A stretch of DNA of 64,000 bases from Ruditapes philippinarum (taxonomy: Eukaryota), in the NCBI RefSeq assembly GCF_026571515.1, contig NW_026855612.1, positions 310,001 through 374,000 on the forward strand, read 5' to 3'. The notes beneath the pieces are model-generated. The model was not told the DNA's origin, searched no databases, and worked only from the letters and a program-made list of their open reading frames with translations. Shown here piece by piece: positions 12,235-25,023 of the stretch; within the stretch, counting starts at the first letter, position 1, and the number at the start of each line of letters is the position of its first letter. Made by a program: the position numbers and the translations under genes.

Positions 12235-12440
12235 AGTGATGGCCTTGTGGTTAAGGTATCTGCCTCTCAACCCAGGGATGTGGGTTCAAGCCCAACTAGG
12301 GTGAAGACCATGACTCCTCCGCATATAATACCAAAACCGGTTAGCTTCATAATGCGCGAAGGGGCACCTGGTGTCTACCTCCACCACTATAGCTGGGAAA
12401 TTGCCATATGACCTATACTGTGATGGTGTGACTTTTAGCA
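12235..12440 (+). mobile_element. Chimeric or degenerate SINE fragment
   Basis: The tRNA-like head resembles the 33398 family; the 3' part resembles the 10897 family. Confidence 0.6.
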
Positions 12441-12804
12441 GCATTCCTCCAGATTCATGCAACATTGTAATTTTCATGAACATTTTGAAAATTGATTCGT
12501 AAGTAAAATATTGTGTTTAAACTTTGCAAATGGCACTTTCAATTCTTGTAAATTACCAACAAGATGTCAAAATATGCAAAAAATAGCCCTTACTCAAGTT
12601 ACTGTGTTAGTCAGGCAGTAGAAAAGGGGTTGGGGTGATGTATCTGAGGGGTGGTTGTCTTGTTCCTGTAGAAATAGTGATAAATACTGCAAAATCAGTC
12701 ATAAATGATACATATGTAAAATATTATTTCAATCTTGAATCTCTTTACTTTTCTAATTCTTAAAATCTAAGTATATTTTTCTCAAGTTTGATTTTCTGGA
12801 AATA

Positions 12805-13233
12805 TTTTGACTCGTCTGAAGGTATGCAGCTTTAATATCCAACAACGGTTCCAGAAAGCAATCCAAGAAAATTTCAAATACATTTTAAATTACAACTTAA
12901 ATAAATATGTGAAAACTTTTTGTCACGAACAGGTTATTCCAAGAAAAATGGCCATTTCTAGCTTGTCTGTCTGGAAGAAAAAATTCGAGCCATTATGATT
13001 GCTGAGGCGTTGTTGTAGTGCAAGAATTTTAGTGTGTCATTTAAATGCATTATTCAAACATTTCAAAAGGAGGTATCAACTTGAAACTCGGAACACTTGC
13101 CTAGCATGTCAAGGTGCAGATGTGAAACAAGGGGCGTAATTCTGAAAATAATATTTTTGGAGTTCTGCCTCTTTTTTACGTAAGAATTTTAGACAGACGA
13201 GCGGCTTTATCACCGTGTGCGGTGTTTTTGTTT
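12805..13233 (+). mobile_element. Degenerate HINE-type element
   Basis: 5' GACTCGTCTG is matched by subterminal CAGACGAGC; 3' hairpin CACCG..CGGTG followed by a T-run. Confidence 0.5.
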
Positions 13234-13769
13234 TATTGTTACTGTTATTTATGTTATCTTGATCTGTTTGGCTAGTTTAATGCCATCATATATCATATAT
13301 TGTTATTGAATAATGTTATAGCTATGTTGATTGAGAATATATGTTTTGAAGATTAAAAAATAAAAGAAAAATATTTTTTTGTCAGAATTTGACAGAAAAT
13401 CCCTGTACACAGTTCATATCAGAATCTGCTTTCCCCAAAGTGTTTGAATTAGAGGTCATTTAATTATTTAGGTTTCTAATCTCGAGTAGAATACTTAAAC
13501 TACTGCAGAATATGCTGAAGAATTCACCCTATCTTAAATTTGACATACATTTTGTATTTCAGCCCTGTTTGAAAAAAATCGAAATAATATCTTGCACATA
13601 ATATATTCAACACCTTATGCAAACCTTTATTACATCTGTAACTAGTGTAGTTCCCTGCCAATATTTACAACGGAAATAACGTAGTGTAAGGGGAAGGAAC
13701 TCCAGAATAGTATGGACTTTCAAACTTGTCAAATCTTAAAAAATTCACTTCGTGTTTACCATCAAATTA

Positions 13770-14490
13770 CCCTATAAAAAAGTTTTTTTTTCCTTTTTAA
13801 AATTCAATTTCCCGGGAAGTTATGGAAAAAACCGGGGACGGTAAAAACAAAAAGGAGAATGGGAACAATGGGATTAACCGTTAAAAAGAGAAAAAATTGA
13901 AAACAAAAATTTTAAAAACCCATTGCCTGTAAACCCCGTGGTACAATTAAAAACCCTGGACATGATAAAACCGGGGGAAAAACCATGGTGTTTGAAAAAC
14001 GGTCCGAAGGTGAAAACGCGGGGGGTAAAACCATGTTTTTCCCCTTCTCCTTTTTTTATATTTTTCACCATCCTTTCCCCCCGGGGGTTTTACTTTTTTA
14101 TATCGTAATTTTTAACGCCTTTTTATATGGAATCGGGGTTTTACAATTTTTATTATTTTTTTTTTACTTTTATATGCCCTGGGGTTTTCATTTGTCCTTT
14201 CCCTTTAAAAGCCCCATCCCGTTTTTTTTTAATTTTTTTTCCCATTTTTTCCCCCCTTTTCAAATTGGTTTCGCTTTCCCCTCCTGAGGCCCCGCCCCCT
14301 TTTAAACCATGTTGAAATTTCCCATTGCCACCTTTTTTACCAGATGGTTTTAAATTCCCCCATCCATTTAATTCAATGACCCTTGGGGGGGGGGGGCTTT
14401 TTAAAAACTTGGTAGCCCAAAAAAACCTTTTTTTTTTTAAAAAAAATTTTTTTTAAAATTTTTCTACCAATAAAAAAACCCCCCCCCCTG
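13770..14490. other. Homopolymer-inflated, probably low-quality consensus sequence
   Basis: Abrupt switch to long runs of A, C, G and T (for example G12, C10) unlike the surrounding sequence. Confidence 0.7.
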
Positions 14491-15319
14491 TAGGCATACA
14501 TCTCTAGAAGAGTTTTATGCCAAATATCTAAGCTCTAGCTCTTTTGGTTTGTCACTAGAAGATTTCGGGGTTTTACAAGAAGAACTTTGGTAGAGCTTCA
14601 TGCAAGGAACATCACAAAAGCTCACATTGAGGACATTAATATGTATGTTTAATACGAGCACGACTTATTTAATTTTACTGTTAAGTCTATATAACATGAT
14701 GGCGGGCGTGTTGGTAAAATTTTTCGTGTCAAACTCATCAGAAAAAGAAAACACTTAAAACCACATCTGCAATTAGTACATTTTAATATTTAAGTTTTTA
14801 GTTATTTGAATCTCATGTCCCGTTTAGTCTTTTGTTTTTTTTATAAAGTCCTATCGTTGATGTCTTTGTTTAGATATATTTGTTTTCCGTTCCATATTTA
14901 GTGGTCTGTTCCATTCTTTTGTGGAATGCTCCATTAAGTCTGCTTTTATATGTTCCGTTACGTTTTCTGTTTTGCAACTGTCATGTGAATTAGTGTGAGT
15001 TGTTGTATCTTTTGTATGTTCTGTTAAGTCTTTTGCCGTCTATTTTTTATGTTTATTTCTTCTCTGTTTCTGTTCTGCTGTTCTTGTTTTATTAAGTCTT
15101 GTTTACTTAGGTGCCTTGCTGTTCTGGTTGAGTAGGTATAGAGAATTTGATTTTATGGAGTGTACCTGTTTTCTGTCCTTTCCACTGTGTGTCTTATTTT
15201 TTTATTGTCTTATTAATTTTTTTATTTGCTTTTTTTTGTTATAGTTTTTTTGTTGTCTGCTTACAGTAAATTGTTGTTCTCTTTTGTTTTTGTACTCTGT
15301 TAGCTGTTTTATGATCTGT

Positions 15320-16275
15320 AATGTTTCATTACTCTTTTACCGTCTGTATTCGTTAACATATTATATACGTGGTTATCGTTTCCTGTTCCGTTTTAGTTTT
15401 GTCTTGTCGTATCATTTGTCTCATTCCGTTCTTTTGTCTGTTCCATTTCGTGTACATGTGTCTTCTTCCATTAAGTCTCTTTTGTTTGTTCCATTCCTTG
15501 TCTTGTTCCGTCCTTATCTTGTTCCGTTAAGTCTTTTTTTTCTGTTCCGTTCCTTGTCTATGTGTCTTGTTCCGTTTTTTGTCCATATGTCTTGTTCCGT
15601 TAAGTCTCTTATGCCTGTTCCGTTTTGCGTCCTCGTCTTGTTTCCTCCTTGTCTTGTTCCGTTAAGTCTTTTTTGTCTGTTCCGTTCCTTGACCATATAT
15701 GTCTTGTTCCGTTAAGTCTCTTTTGTCTGTTCCTTTTCGCGTCCTCGTCTTATTTCCTCCTTGTCTTGTTCCGTTAAGTCTTTTTTGTCTGTTCCGTTCC
15801 TTGACCATATGTCTTGTTCCGTTAAGTCTCTTTTGTCTGTTCCGTTCCGCGTCCTTGTCTTGTTCCGTCCTTCTTTTGTTCCGTTAAGTGTTTTTTGTCT
15901 GTTCCATTGCTTGTCCATGTGTCTTGTTCCGTTAAGTCTTTTCTGTCTGTTCTGTTTCGCGTCCTTGTCTTGTTTCATCCTTGTCTTGTTCCGTTAAGTC
16001 ATTTTTGTCTGTTCCGGTCTTTGTCATTGTGTCTTGTTCCGTTCCTTGTTCCGTTAAGTCCATTTTGTCAGTTCCGTTCCATGTTCTTGTGTCTTGTTCC
16101 GGTAGGTCCCTTGTCTGTTCCGTTAAGTCTCCTTTGTCTGTTTCGTTTCGGGTCCATTTGTCTCTTGTTCTGTTAAGTTCCTTTTGTCTGTTCTGTTTCG
16201 CGTCTTTGTGTCTTGTTACGTTAAGTCCCTTTTGTCTGTACAGTTTCAGTGTCTTGTAGAATGTTTCGTTAAGTT
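15320..16275. repeat. A-poor compound minisatellite, ~50-70-bp units built from TCTTGTTCCG-like subunits
   Basis: Recurrent GTCTTGTTCCGTTAAGTCTCTTTTGTCTGTTCCG, decaying toward both ends. Confidence 0.9.
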
Positions 16276-16427
16276 TTTGTTGTTATCTGCCTGGTAACTT
16301 CCCTTTTTGTATGTATTTTCCTGTTCTTCTCCTCATCTCCGTTAACTGTTATGTCTAGTAACCTGAACGTCTCTAGAGTTCTATGTTCTGGTTTTGTCAG
16401 TCTCGTAGTCATTTTATTCTTTTAGTG

Positions 16428-16500
16428 GAGTAGCGGGGGATCGAACTCATGACCCCTTGATTAATAGGCAGACAGTGTAACCACTGCGCCATAGCGCCCG
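16428..16500 (-). mobile_element. tRNA-like SINE head fragment
   Basis: The minus strand reads TGGCGCAGTGG (A box) ... GAGTTCGATCC (B box); no complete cloverleaf. Confidence 0.6.
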
Positions 16501-18914
16501 CTCTGAATAAGAACTGTTTTTGAAAGTCCTATATACATTATTACTTCAATGGCTAACAAGAATGTATTGTAATTAAATTTTAACACCTCTGTTTAGGTAG
16601 CCAACCTACGTGACTTTATTATATAGTCGTCAAAGAGATTATTACTCGATTTATGTAATATTTTATATATAACTTTGCTGTTACTTTAAGATACCCTGGA
16701 AATTTAGTGGAGGGTACCCGGAATTCTTAGGTATATCAGATGGTGTGATAATCTTCTTGTAGAATTTTCCTAAAACCGAGACTGAATTCCGAAATTTTCA
16801 AGAGCTGCTATGGTATCGCAAGCACACGTACCAATCTCCCGATTTCAGACATTTAAAGCAAATAAACGGGCTATTTTACATAATGAAACGAGAAACCTCT
16901 CATTGAACAAAATTGTAGATCAAAGCGCTGGAAGCACTGAATGCAACGGCTTAACTTGGGGTATTATAAAACAAAATAAACAAATAAAAGAATGCGACAT
17001 GCCATTGCGTCATATTTAATTAGTGTCTTGTACATCTCTGCAGTTGTGTAATTTAAAGGTTCCTTGATGGTGCTATATTTTATGTTGTAATATTTTAGGA
17101 CAGAATTAACCTTTTCACACCCAACTTTTCATTTTAACAGCAAATTCTGGTTAACACGAATGTTTATACTGTACAACTTTATGATCTTACTCTTTCCATT
17201 TACCGTTATTTAAATACTTTGCTCATAGACATGCTGCTAGCTTTAAAAGAAAATGGCGCATGCCACTAAACAATGATTAAAATTTACAAGCTATCTTAAA
17301 TACACCGCAGTGGATGTCAGTGACGAAAAAGACTTAACCGTTTCACGGTTCCTGGACTGTATAGGTGGTTAGGTCTTATTAAAGAGGCTTGCAGCTCAAA
17401 GGATTGATGAGTACTGTGGAGGGGAATACCCGCCAAAAGTATATATATCTTGATTACATGTTCATATATGAAAATTTAACATTTTAACTTGACGCAAATG
17501 TCCAATTATGTAGTTTAAGGCTGGGGCAAGTGTCGTAATTATAGTAACTTGTCAAAAACGATTTTTTGTTGAGTTTTATTCCATTTCTCTTATTCACCCC
17601 TCCTATCCTTATTTTTTCTGGAAACATCTGAGGTACAAAAAAGGTAATAAAAAAAAAACAACAAAAAACAGTGGCCTAATATTGCATAATCTTAATCTCC
17701 CTAATACTTACTCAATTAAAAATTGATGGACTAGGACAGTTTTTAAAATGTGGACAATTTTGAATATTGTTAGCAACATAGCCATGTTACAACATTCAAC
17801 ATACAAACGATGCTTTCCGCATATATATAACCATCATTAGTTTTTAATTTGCATTTAACAATAATGTAGATTTAACATTTTGTTTCCTTCTCTAAATCTT
17901 TATAATGTCCTTCAATATTATGTCAGAAAATTTGTGTTAAAGAGAGTTTAACATTAACAAAATTACATGAAAAATCATGATATTTTAGTTTTTAAGTACT
18001 TTTTGTTTATTTACAATTAAAAACGAAACAAATTACACATAGTTTATTGATTATATTATATATATATTATTGATTATAACACCACATAAAATTAATGTTG
18101 CCTTCGAGCTTGATATTCCGATCTGTACTGGCAGCCGTTGTTTACAAGATCCTTATAATGTCAACCATTATTTGAAACACAAATTATGAGACGCCTGTAA
18201 ATAATCCATATCTACAAAAATATTTGCCAGAGTATGATTTTTTTGTCACTGCCCGGAATACTCTGATTTATCGTAGAGCGACAATTTTTTAAACTATAAA
18301 AGTTAGGTATTTGTGAGAAGAAGACAATGTCCGTTTGGCATTTCTTCGTGTAGCTTCGGTATAAAATAGATTTGGACGGGATTTTCGTTGGTGTCATCGA
18401 TTGTTTATTTTCACAGATGCAATAGCATTTTTTTACGCAACATTGTCAACTTTTAGCGGTTCAGTTGTAGAAATTTCAATGTTAACATGAATCAGATCTT
18501 GTCAAATTTCATGTATCGACTGTATCGGTGTTCGTATAACACAAAATTCTTAACACTGCTTACTATGGAAGATGTCATTCCATACATATATCTATATTCT
18601 GTTGATCGAGACCAAGTTTTTTTAAAGAAAAAATATAGAATTTGGCTTTATGACATTGAATAGGATCAAAGCACTGGAAGGGCGTAGGAGTTGCTGTATA
18701 ACTAATACTATAGAGGTATAGTGAAAATTATTTGACAGTGTCATATAATTGTAGTTATGAATACTAAATGTGGAAATTGACTTTACGTAATGTTTTTAGG
18801 GGTTGTAACAGGGACTAGAAAGAGTCGGGAAGGGCTAGCGGTAGGGGATGATATCAGATCAAAGGGTCTTATCCCTGACGTCTACTCGACTAGCCCTTAA
18901 ACATAAAGGGACAT

Positions 18915-20905
18915 AAAACAACAACAACAACATTTAATTAGCAATTAAGCATTACAATGCTTTTAGCCATAATATACATTTGACATAAGGTGACAAATGA
19001 CACGAGAAATCATTAGCAATCAAATATTTTCTGCATAGGGAAGCTTACACAATAAATTAACTAGTTTGACAAAGGTAAATTTAAATCGATACCAATATAA
19101 TAATTATCAAATTTCTAAACTATTCCTTAATTTATTTGAAAAAAATATATATTTTGATAAGTTTAACAATTGTCTTTCATTATCTGTGGACATCAGTCTA
19201 TCAAATTTATTAAGAGATGGCCACCTACAAAAATATGGTTTGAAGTATTTTTTCCTTATTTCTCGATATATTGGGCATACAAGAAGAAAATGATACTCAT
19301 CTTCAATTATATTATCTTGCAAAATTTACATATTCTTTTGGTTCGTTCTATATTAAGATATCTACCTCTTTCTATTTCTAAATTATGCGAAGATAATCTA
19401 AATCTACTTAAGGCAATCCGAAATTTCCTTTCACTTATTGAATTTAAATATGTTTTTTCAAAGTTAAAAGATTGTTTAAACCTACAGTAAGTAAGTAAAC
19501 GTTGTGAATTGTTTATGTTTGCATACCAAGCTTGATAATAATTATCTAATATCCTTTGTTTAATTTTTAAAAATGTAAAATTTCCATTATCTTGATTTAT
19601 CCATATATTTGAAAGTCCTAGATTGTTTAACATTGTTTTTATATGAAAGGCCCAATTTGAATTATTGTATGTTATATTATTATTGGCATCATTCTTAAGC
19701 ATGATATAAATTTGTTTTTGCAAAGAGTTGTCTGATTTCAGTAAATGGATCCAATATCTTATCATATTTATTTTTCTAAAAATAATCATAGGAACTCTCC
19801 CTAATTCTCCATAGAGACCAGTAGTATTAGTTGATTTATTAACATATAAAAGTTTTCGACAGAATTTTGTATGAATAAGTTCTATATCTGTGCCTGCATT
19901 CATTCCCCAGACTTCTGAACAGTAGTTTAGTACAGTAGCAACTAGCGAATCAAACAATTTACTTTTTTCACTAGTAGAAAAATCGTACTTATCAAAAATT
20001 GAAAATAGTTTATGTAAAGATTTAGATGCATGTTCTGCAATACATTTTTGGGTTCTATTCCAGTTTGCATTTTTGAAAAAATATACGCCTAAATATTTAA
20101 AAGAAGTAACATTTTCTAGTAGAGTATTATAAAGGTAAAAATCATAATTTGTATGTCTACTGCCTTTTTCAAAAATCATAACCTTAGTCTTTGAAGTATT
20201 TATTTTTAGACCCCATGTATTACAATATATTTCAATATCATTTATCATTGATTGTAAGGATTCTGGTGATGTTGCAAATAACACCTGATCATCTGCGTAT
20301 AAAATTAAAAATAAAATTAAATCTTCATATGTGAATAACCCATCTAGATTAGTATTTATATTGTCAGCAATATCATTTACGAACATCATAAACATCAAAG
20401 AAGAACTCGGGTCTCCCTGTTTCACGCCCAAGTGTGAGAGAATTGGCTCAGAGAGTCTATTATTAAACCTAATACGTAATCGAACAGTTCTATACATAGA
20501 TTTTATTGCGTTTACCATTCTAGAGCTAATGTTTTCACTTAATAACTTTTGCCAGAGAAATGATCTATTTATCTTATCAAAACATTTTTCATAATCAATG
20601 AATACACTATATACTTTTTTACCAGAATTTAATAATTTTGAAATAACGGAATGCAAAATGAAAACACAATCGACTGTACTTTTCCCTTTTTGAAATCCGA
20701 ATTGATTATTAGCAATTTTCTCATATTGCATAGTCCATTTAGTTAACCTATTTAAAAGTACCTGAGAATATTTTTTGGCTATTATATTATTTAAAGTTAC
20801 ACCACGATAGTTTTTTGCGTCAGTTTCGTCTCCGCCTTTAAATATTGGTATAATATATCCATCTCCCCAAGCTTCAGAGTAATCAGAATTTAAGAATAAT
20901 CTATG
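18915..20905 (-). mobile_element. 5'-truncated non-LTR retrotransposon (LINE) encoding reverse transcriptase
   Basis: Open frame from about 20905 to 19307 with IPIFKGGD..NYRGVTL, QFGFQ, FIDYEKCFD, GVKQGDPSS, LYADD and YLG. A frameshift near 19320 splits the C-terminal CxxC..EDEYHFLLVC motif. 3' UTR and (TTG)n tail at about 18917-18931. Confidence 0.93.
19307..20731 (-). pseudogene. LINE ORF2 reverse transcriptase remnant (no endonuclease, one frameshift)
   Basis: The 474-aa ORF and the 19107-19322 ORF form one interrupted reading frame. Confidence 0.9.
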
Positions 20906-23428
20906 AAAACATGACTTAAGACTTTAAGGTTTTAAAATAATATAATATTTATGTATATAATATATAATAATAACAAACATTAAGTAAAAACTCTCTAGTA
21001 CAACAGCATTGTGACAATTAACGAACAGTTTGTTTGTTACTATGAGGTGTTGATCTAAAAATAAAATTCAATTTATTGTAACGCCTTGCTTTAGCATGAA
21101 TGAATGTTCTTCTAAAACAGCTATTGCTATTGCTGTTTTGAGGTGGCAATGTATATTTAAAATTTGAAAAAGCAGTATTTCACACATCGAATTATCATAA
21201 ATTTTTCAATGATGTATTTATGTGAATTATTGCAGAAAAGGAGTTATTTATAAAAACTCATCGAAGATAACTTGTTACAAACGTAAAAATCATCCAAACA
21301 GGTACACTGTATGTAGTGTATGTCTTAGAATAAATGATGCAGTCAATAGAACTGTCAACATTATGGTTATTAAATTGTTATATTATTTATGTTTAGGAAA
21401 TCTCCAGTACATTTACATTTAGCGAGAGATCACGAAAATTGTTTCTTTGTTATTTACTGTTTTACATCAGTTGGCCAGATGCGTTTTACAAGTTCCGTGT
21501 GGCAGCTGTAAAAAGTTCTCCTCGACAGTGTTGTTATATTTTTCTAGTGCTTCGGGATTATTGTTTCCAACACCTTTACGTGGTGAAGATATAATACCGT
21601 TTAAGCCGGTGCTGTTGCACTTTTACATTATCTCTCACGAATAGACTCGATCAAACCGAGTCTGCAATATTCGTATAATACTATTGTTTCCATTGTTTCT
21701 GAGGGCCCGTCCTTTTTCCAGATTTTTTTTATACCAATTTAGTTTTAATCATAGCTGGAGCTTTGCAAAGTCCACGCATGAAATAAGAAGTTTCGATTAA
21801 AGTTCTTGAATAGACAAGTTCATGTGATCTTAATATCTTGTCTAAATAAATTAATTAATATAAAAGTTTTGATTAAGGCTCACAATTTTACAGTCTATAG
21901 AGAATAGTTCTTGTTTTGGCGTCCAGCTTAAGATATATAATAATGATTTTTTAATATTTTGTAAATAATCGGAAGGTGGTAAACGATAAAAATGTTTAAT
22001 GTACTTAGTTTCGGGTGCGCTTTATGGAACAAAGATCGAGACTTTGTTGCTCACAAATTAAAACATAGACATGAACTGGACAGTGCTCTAACCTATGACT
22101 GAAGTTAACAAGAACCTCAACAATTCCTGGATGTTTTGTTTTAAATTTTGGAACACATATCAGATCCCTGGCTCCTGATTCAATTTGTTACCGTTTTCAA
22201 TGCGATGATTTTTGAAGAAAAGAAAAGAAAACAACAAAAATAATCAAACAAACAAAAACATCCGTCATTTATTCATTTACAGTAATTTACCATAGCGTTC
22301 TCCATTCGGAGCGATATATCTTGTTTATAATCCAGCTAACTGTGTCGCGAGTTGATATATTGTGTTATTTTATACATGGGCAATAACCAAGAACAAAAAC
22401 AACGTATTTAATAGCTTTGCATGTCTAAATACTTTGACAAATGTGCTACAAGCATGCAAGTATTGGACATCTGCTAAATTATGTATACATCCATTACCAT
22501 GACTACAGTTCCAGACGCCGCTCTTACTTGAATCCCGTGCGGGCTGTAAGATATTAATTTTGATGCGCAATAGACAATTTACACTAAATATTATTTACAA
22601 ATCATATACGATTTGCTCGTTAAATCAATGTTTACAGATACTCCAATATCCCACGGGAGCGTTAAAGATTAGAAGATTTCCAAGAATTCAAATTTTACAT
22701 TTTATGTTCTCTATTGACGATACAGTGCAAAAATATTTTACAGATTACATGTTGACTTTTTTTTCTAAAACATATTTAATCCAGACAAAAAAAACTAATT
22801 TAATTCAGACAAGCTACTCTTATAATTTCAGCTTTCTTCATCACTTTAAATTGCAGAAATTTTGTCAGAAAACATTGAAATATACATTGCAATTGGCAAG
22901 ATTTTGTTCATTCGGAACACCTCGCAATTTTACCAAAAATCATCTCTAAAGCAATTCGAATCGAAAGTAGTTCTACCATGTGTTTTGTGATCTGGGACAA
23001 AATGAATTTTAAGTCCCAGTTGTGATGCAAAGAGGCTTAGGGTTACACCAATATTTGCATAATGGGTAACGAATGTATTTATTTGACATCTCTGCATTCG
23101 GTTATAGTATGAGGATACAAAATATGTCTACAATTTTAGGGTAGAGAAGTCGGTCTGTGTATTAATACTTTGTGTACTAATGTAACGTGTACCGAGCGGA
23201 TGTACAACGAATATATAATAAATTTTTCTTTGGGCTACCTGCCGTTTGATTAGAAACAAATGATTATAAAATTATCATATATCATAAACAATCAGCTTAA
23301 ATTAACACTCCAAAATACACTATTAAATTCTAAAAAGTCTAAATATAGTAAATATCTTTACAATATAACACTATGAAATAATTCAAAAGCTATAGATATC
23401 ACGCTGCAACCCGATAATTTCCTATAGT

Positions 23429-23840
23429 CCAGCAACTACCTTCCTATCTATGAAGCGATGCTTCTATTTAGATAGAAAGATAAGCTGCTGGCAGGGATTT
23501 ACAACAAAGTTCCAACTAATTTATCTATACAAACTTATTTGTTATTAGAATACCTCTGGATTTTTAATACCTATATGTTACCGATTCTGATAGCGAGGCT
23601 TTCAGGAAATGTGGTGGTCTATAAGTACCCAGAGTCAAATACAATTTCACAAACTTTCATATAACAACCCTATATCCATGAAGCTAGGCTTCAATTGGAT
23701 AAACAAGGGTATTTAGTTTTGGCCAATTCTTCTTTTCTACCTATGAAGCTAGGCTTCAGTTAGGTAGACGAAATTATCCTCTATGTATGAAGCGAGGCTT
23801 CAGTTACATAGAATAACCCGGTCTCGGTAAATTCCTCTGC
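23429..23840. other. Cluster of five related hairpins, core TGAAGC-NNN-GCTTCA
   Basis: Hairpins at 23444-23475, 23587-23605, 23673-23701, 23736-23768 and 23780-23812, with complementary but different outer stems. Confidence 0.8.
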
Positions 23841-24633
23841 AGACTGAATAATGTTGCTTTAATCGCCGTATTTATACCTGCTGAAATGATCGCTCAAGCA
23901 TGACTTATTTTCATTGGTTGATTAGAATGATCATAATCACTGAAACGTTTATAACATTATATGATATCAAACGTTTATTGAAAATACGTATACCAAACGT
24001 ATATTGTAAAGTACCGTAAACTAAAATATATTGTCGCAATATAAACAAATAACATAATAGTTATGTAACACTTATATCATTTGAGTAATTTGATAATCTT
24101 TAATCAAACCAAGCTTATTATAAAAAATGCCAAAACGTTACACTAAATAGTACACGTAAAGGTCCGAGGGAAAGGTCCGTAGAGTTGCGATTAGAATTTA
24201 TAATGCCCCTAATCATAAAGAAATGTTACAACATTGACGAACATTGCGAAATTTGCCGTATTTTCATGAACTCATGGTTGACTGCCTCTATACACGAACA
24301 CATTTGAATTTCTTTTAGAGAAATTCAATGGAACTGTAATTGGAAACAAATTTATTTTTTCTCTGTGTGTGTTGACCTTTTTGTTATTATGCAATAAATG
24401 AATCGTTCACAACTGGCAACATATTTACACTTGAAACGAAAGGATGCATGCAAGATCATATCTGAGTAAAATCAAATTTTTTTAAAACATCACATTGTTT
24501 GGACAAAAATCAGCATAATTATGGCTGTCAAGCCTGAACCATAGCTTTGTATTGTTTTCATGTCGTTTGTGTAAAAAACTATAGCGTATCAGCGTGTCCT
24601 TATTTTGTTAATTTGCTTCCTTTAAGAGTTTAC

Positions 24634-25023
24634 GTTGCTGGTTAACTACGATTATTTCGCAGCTTGCTGGTTAACTATGATTATCTTCATAGTTAACTGG
24701 TTAAATATGATTATCTTCTTATTTTACTGGTTAACTATGATTATCTTCTCAGTTTGCTGGTTAACTAAGACTATCTTCACAATTTGCTGATTAACTATTA
24801 TTATCTTCACAATTTGCTGGTTAACTATGATTATCTTTACAGTTTACTGGTTAACAATGATTATATTCTCTGTTTGCTGGTTAACTATGATTATCTTAAC
24901 AATTTGCTGGTTTACTATGATTATCTTCACAATTTGCTAGTTAACTATGATTATCTTCACAGTTTACTGATTAACTATGATTATCTTCACAATTTGCTAG
25001 TTAACTATGATTATCTTCACAGT
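24634..25023. repeat. 30-bp minisatellite, about 13 units, overlapping the GPCR stop codon
   Basis: Unit TTTGCTGGTTAACTATGATTATCTTCACAA. Confidence 0.95.

Noticed and set aside
13874-14315. Phe/Pro/Gly/Lys-rich ORFs
   Set aside because: They lie in homopolymer-inflated low-quality sequence.
15284-16259. Multiple overlapping ORFs rich in L/V/P/F/C/S
   Set aside because: They arise from an A-poor satellite that rarely forms stop codons; no splice or domain support.
23429-23840. CRISPR-like reading of palindromic repeats with unique spacers
   Set aside because: Repeats are not identical, spacing is irregular (about 10-110 bp), the context is eukaryotic and no cas genes are present. Kept as a hairpin-cluster finding instead.
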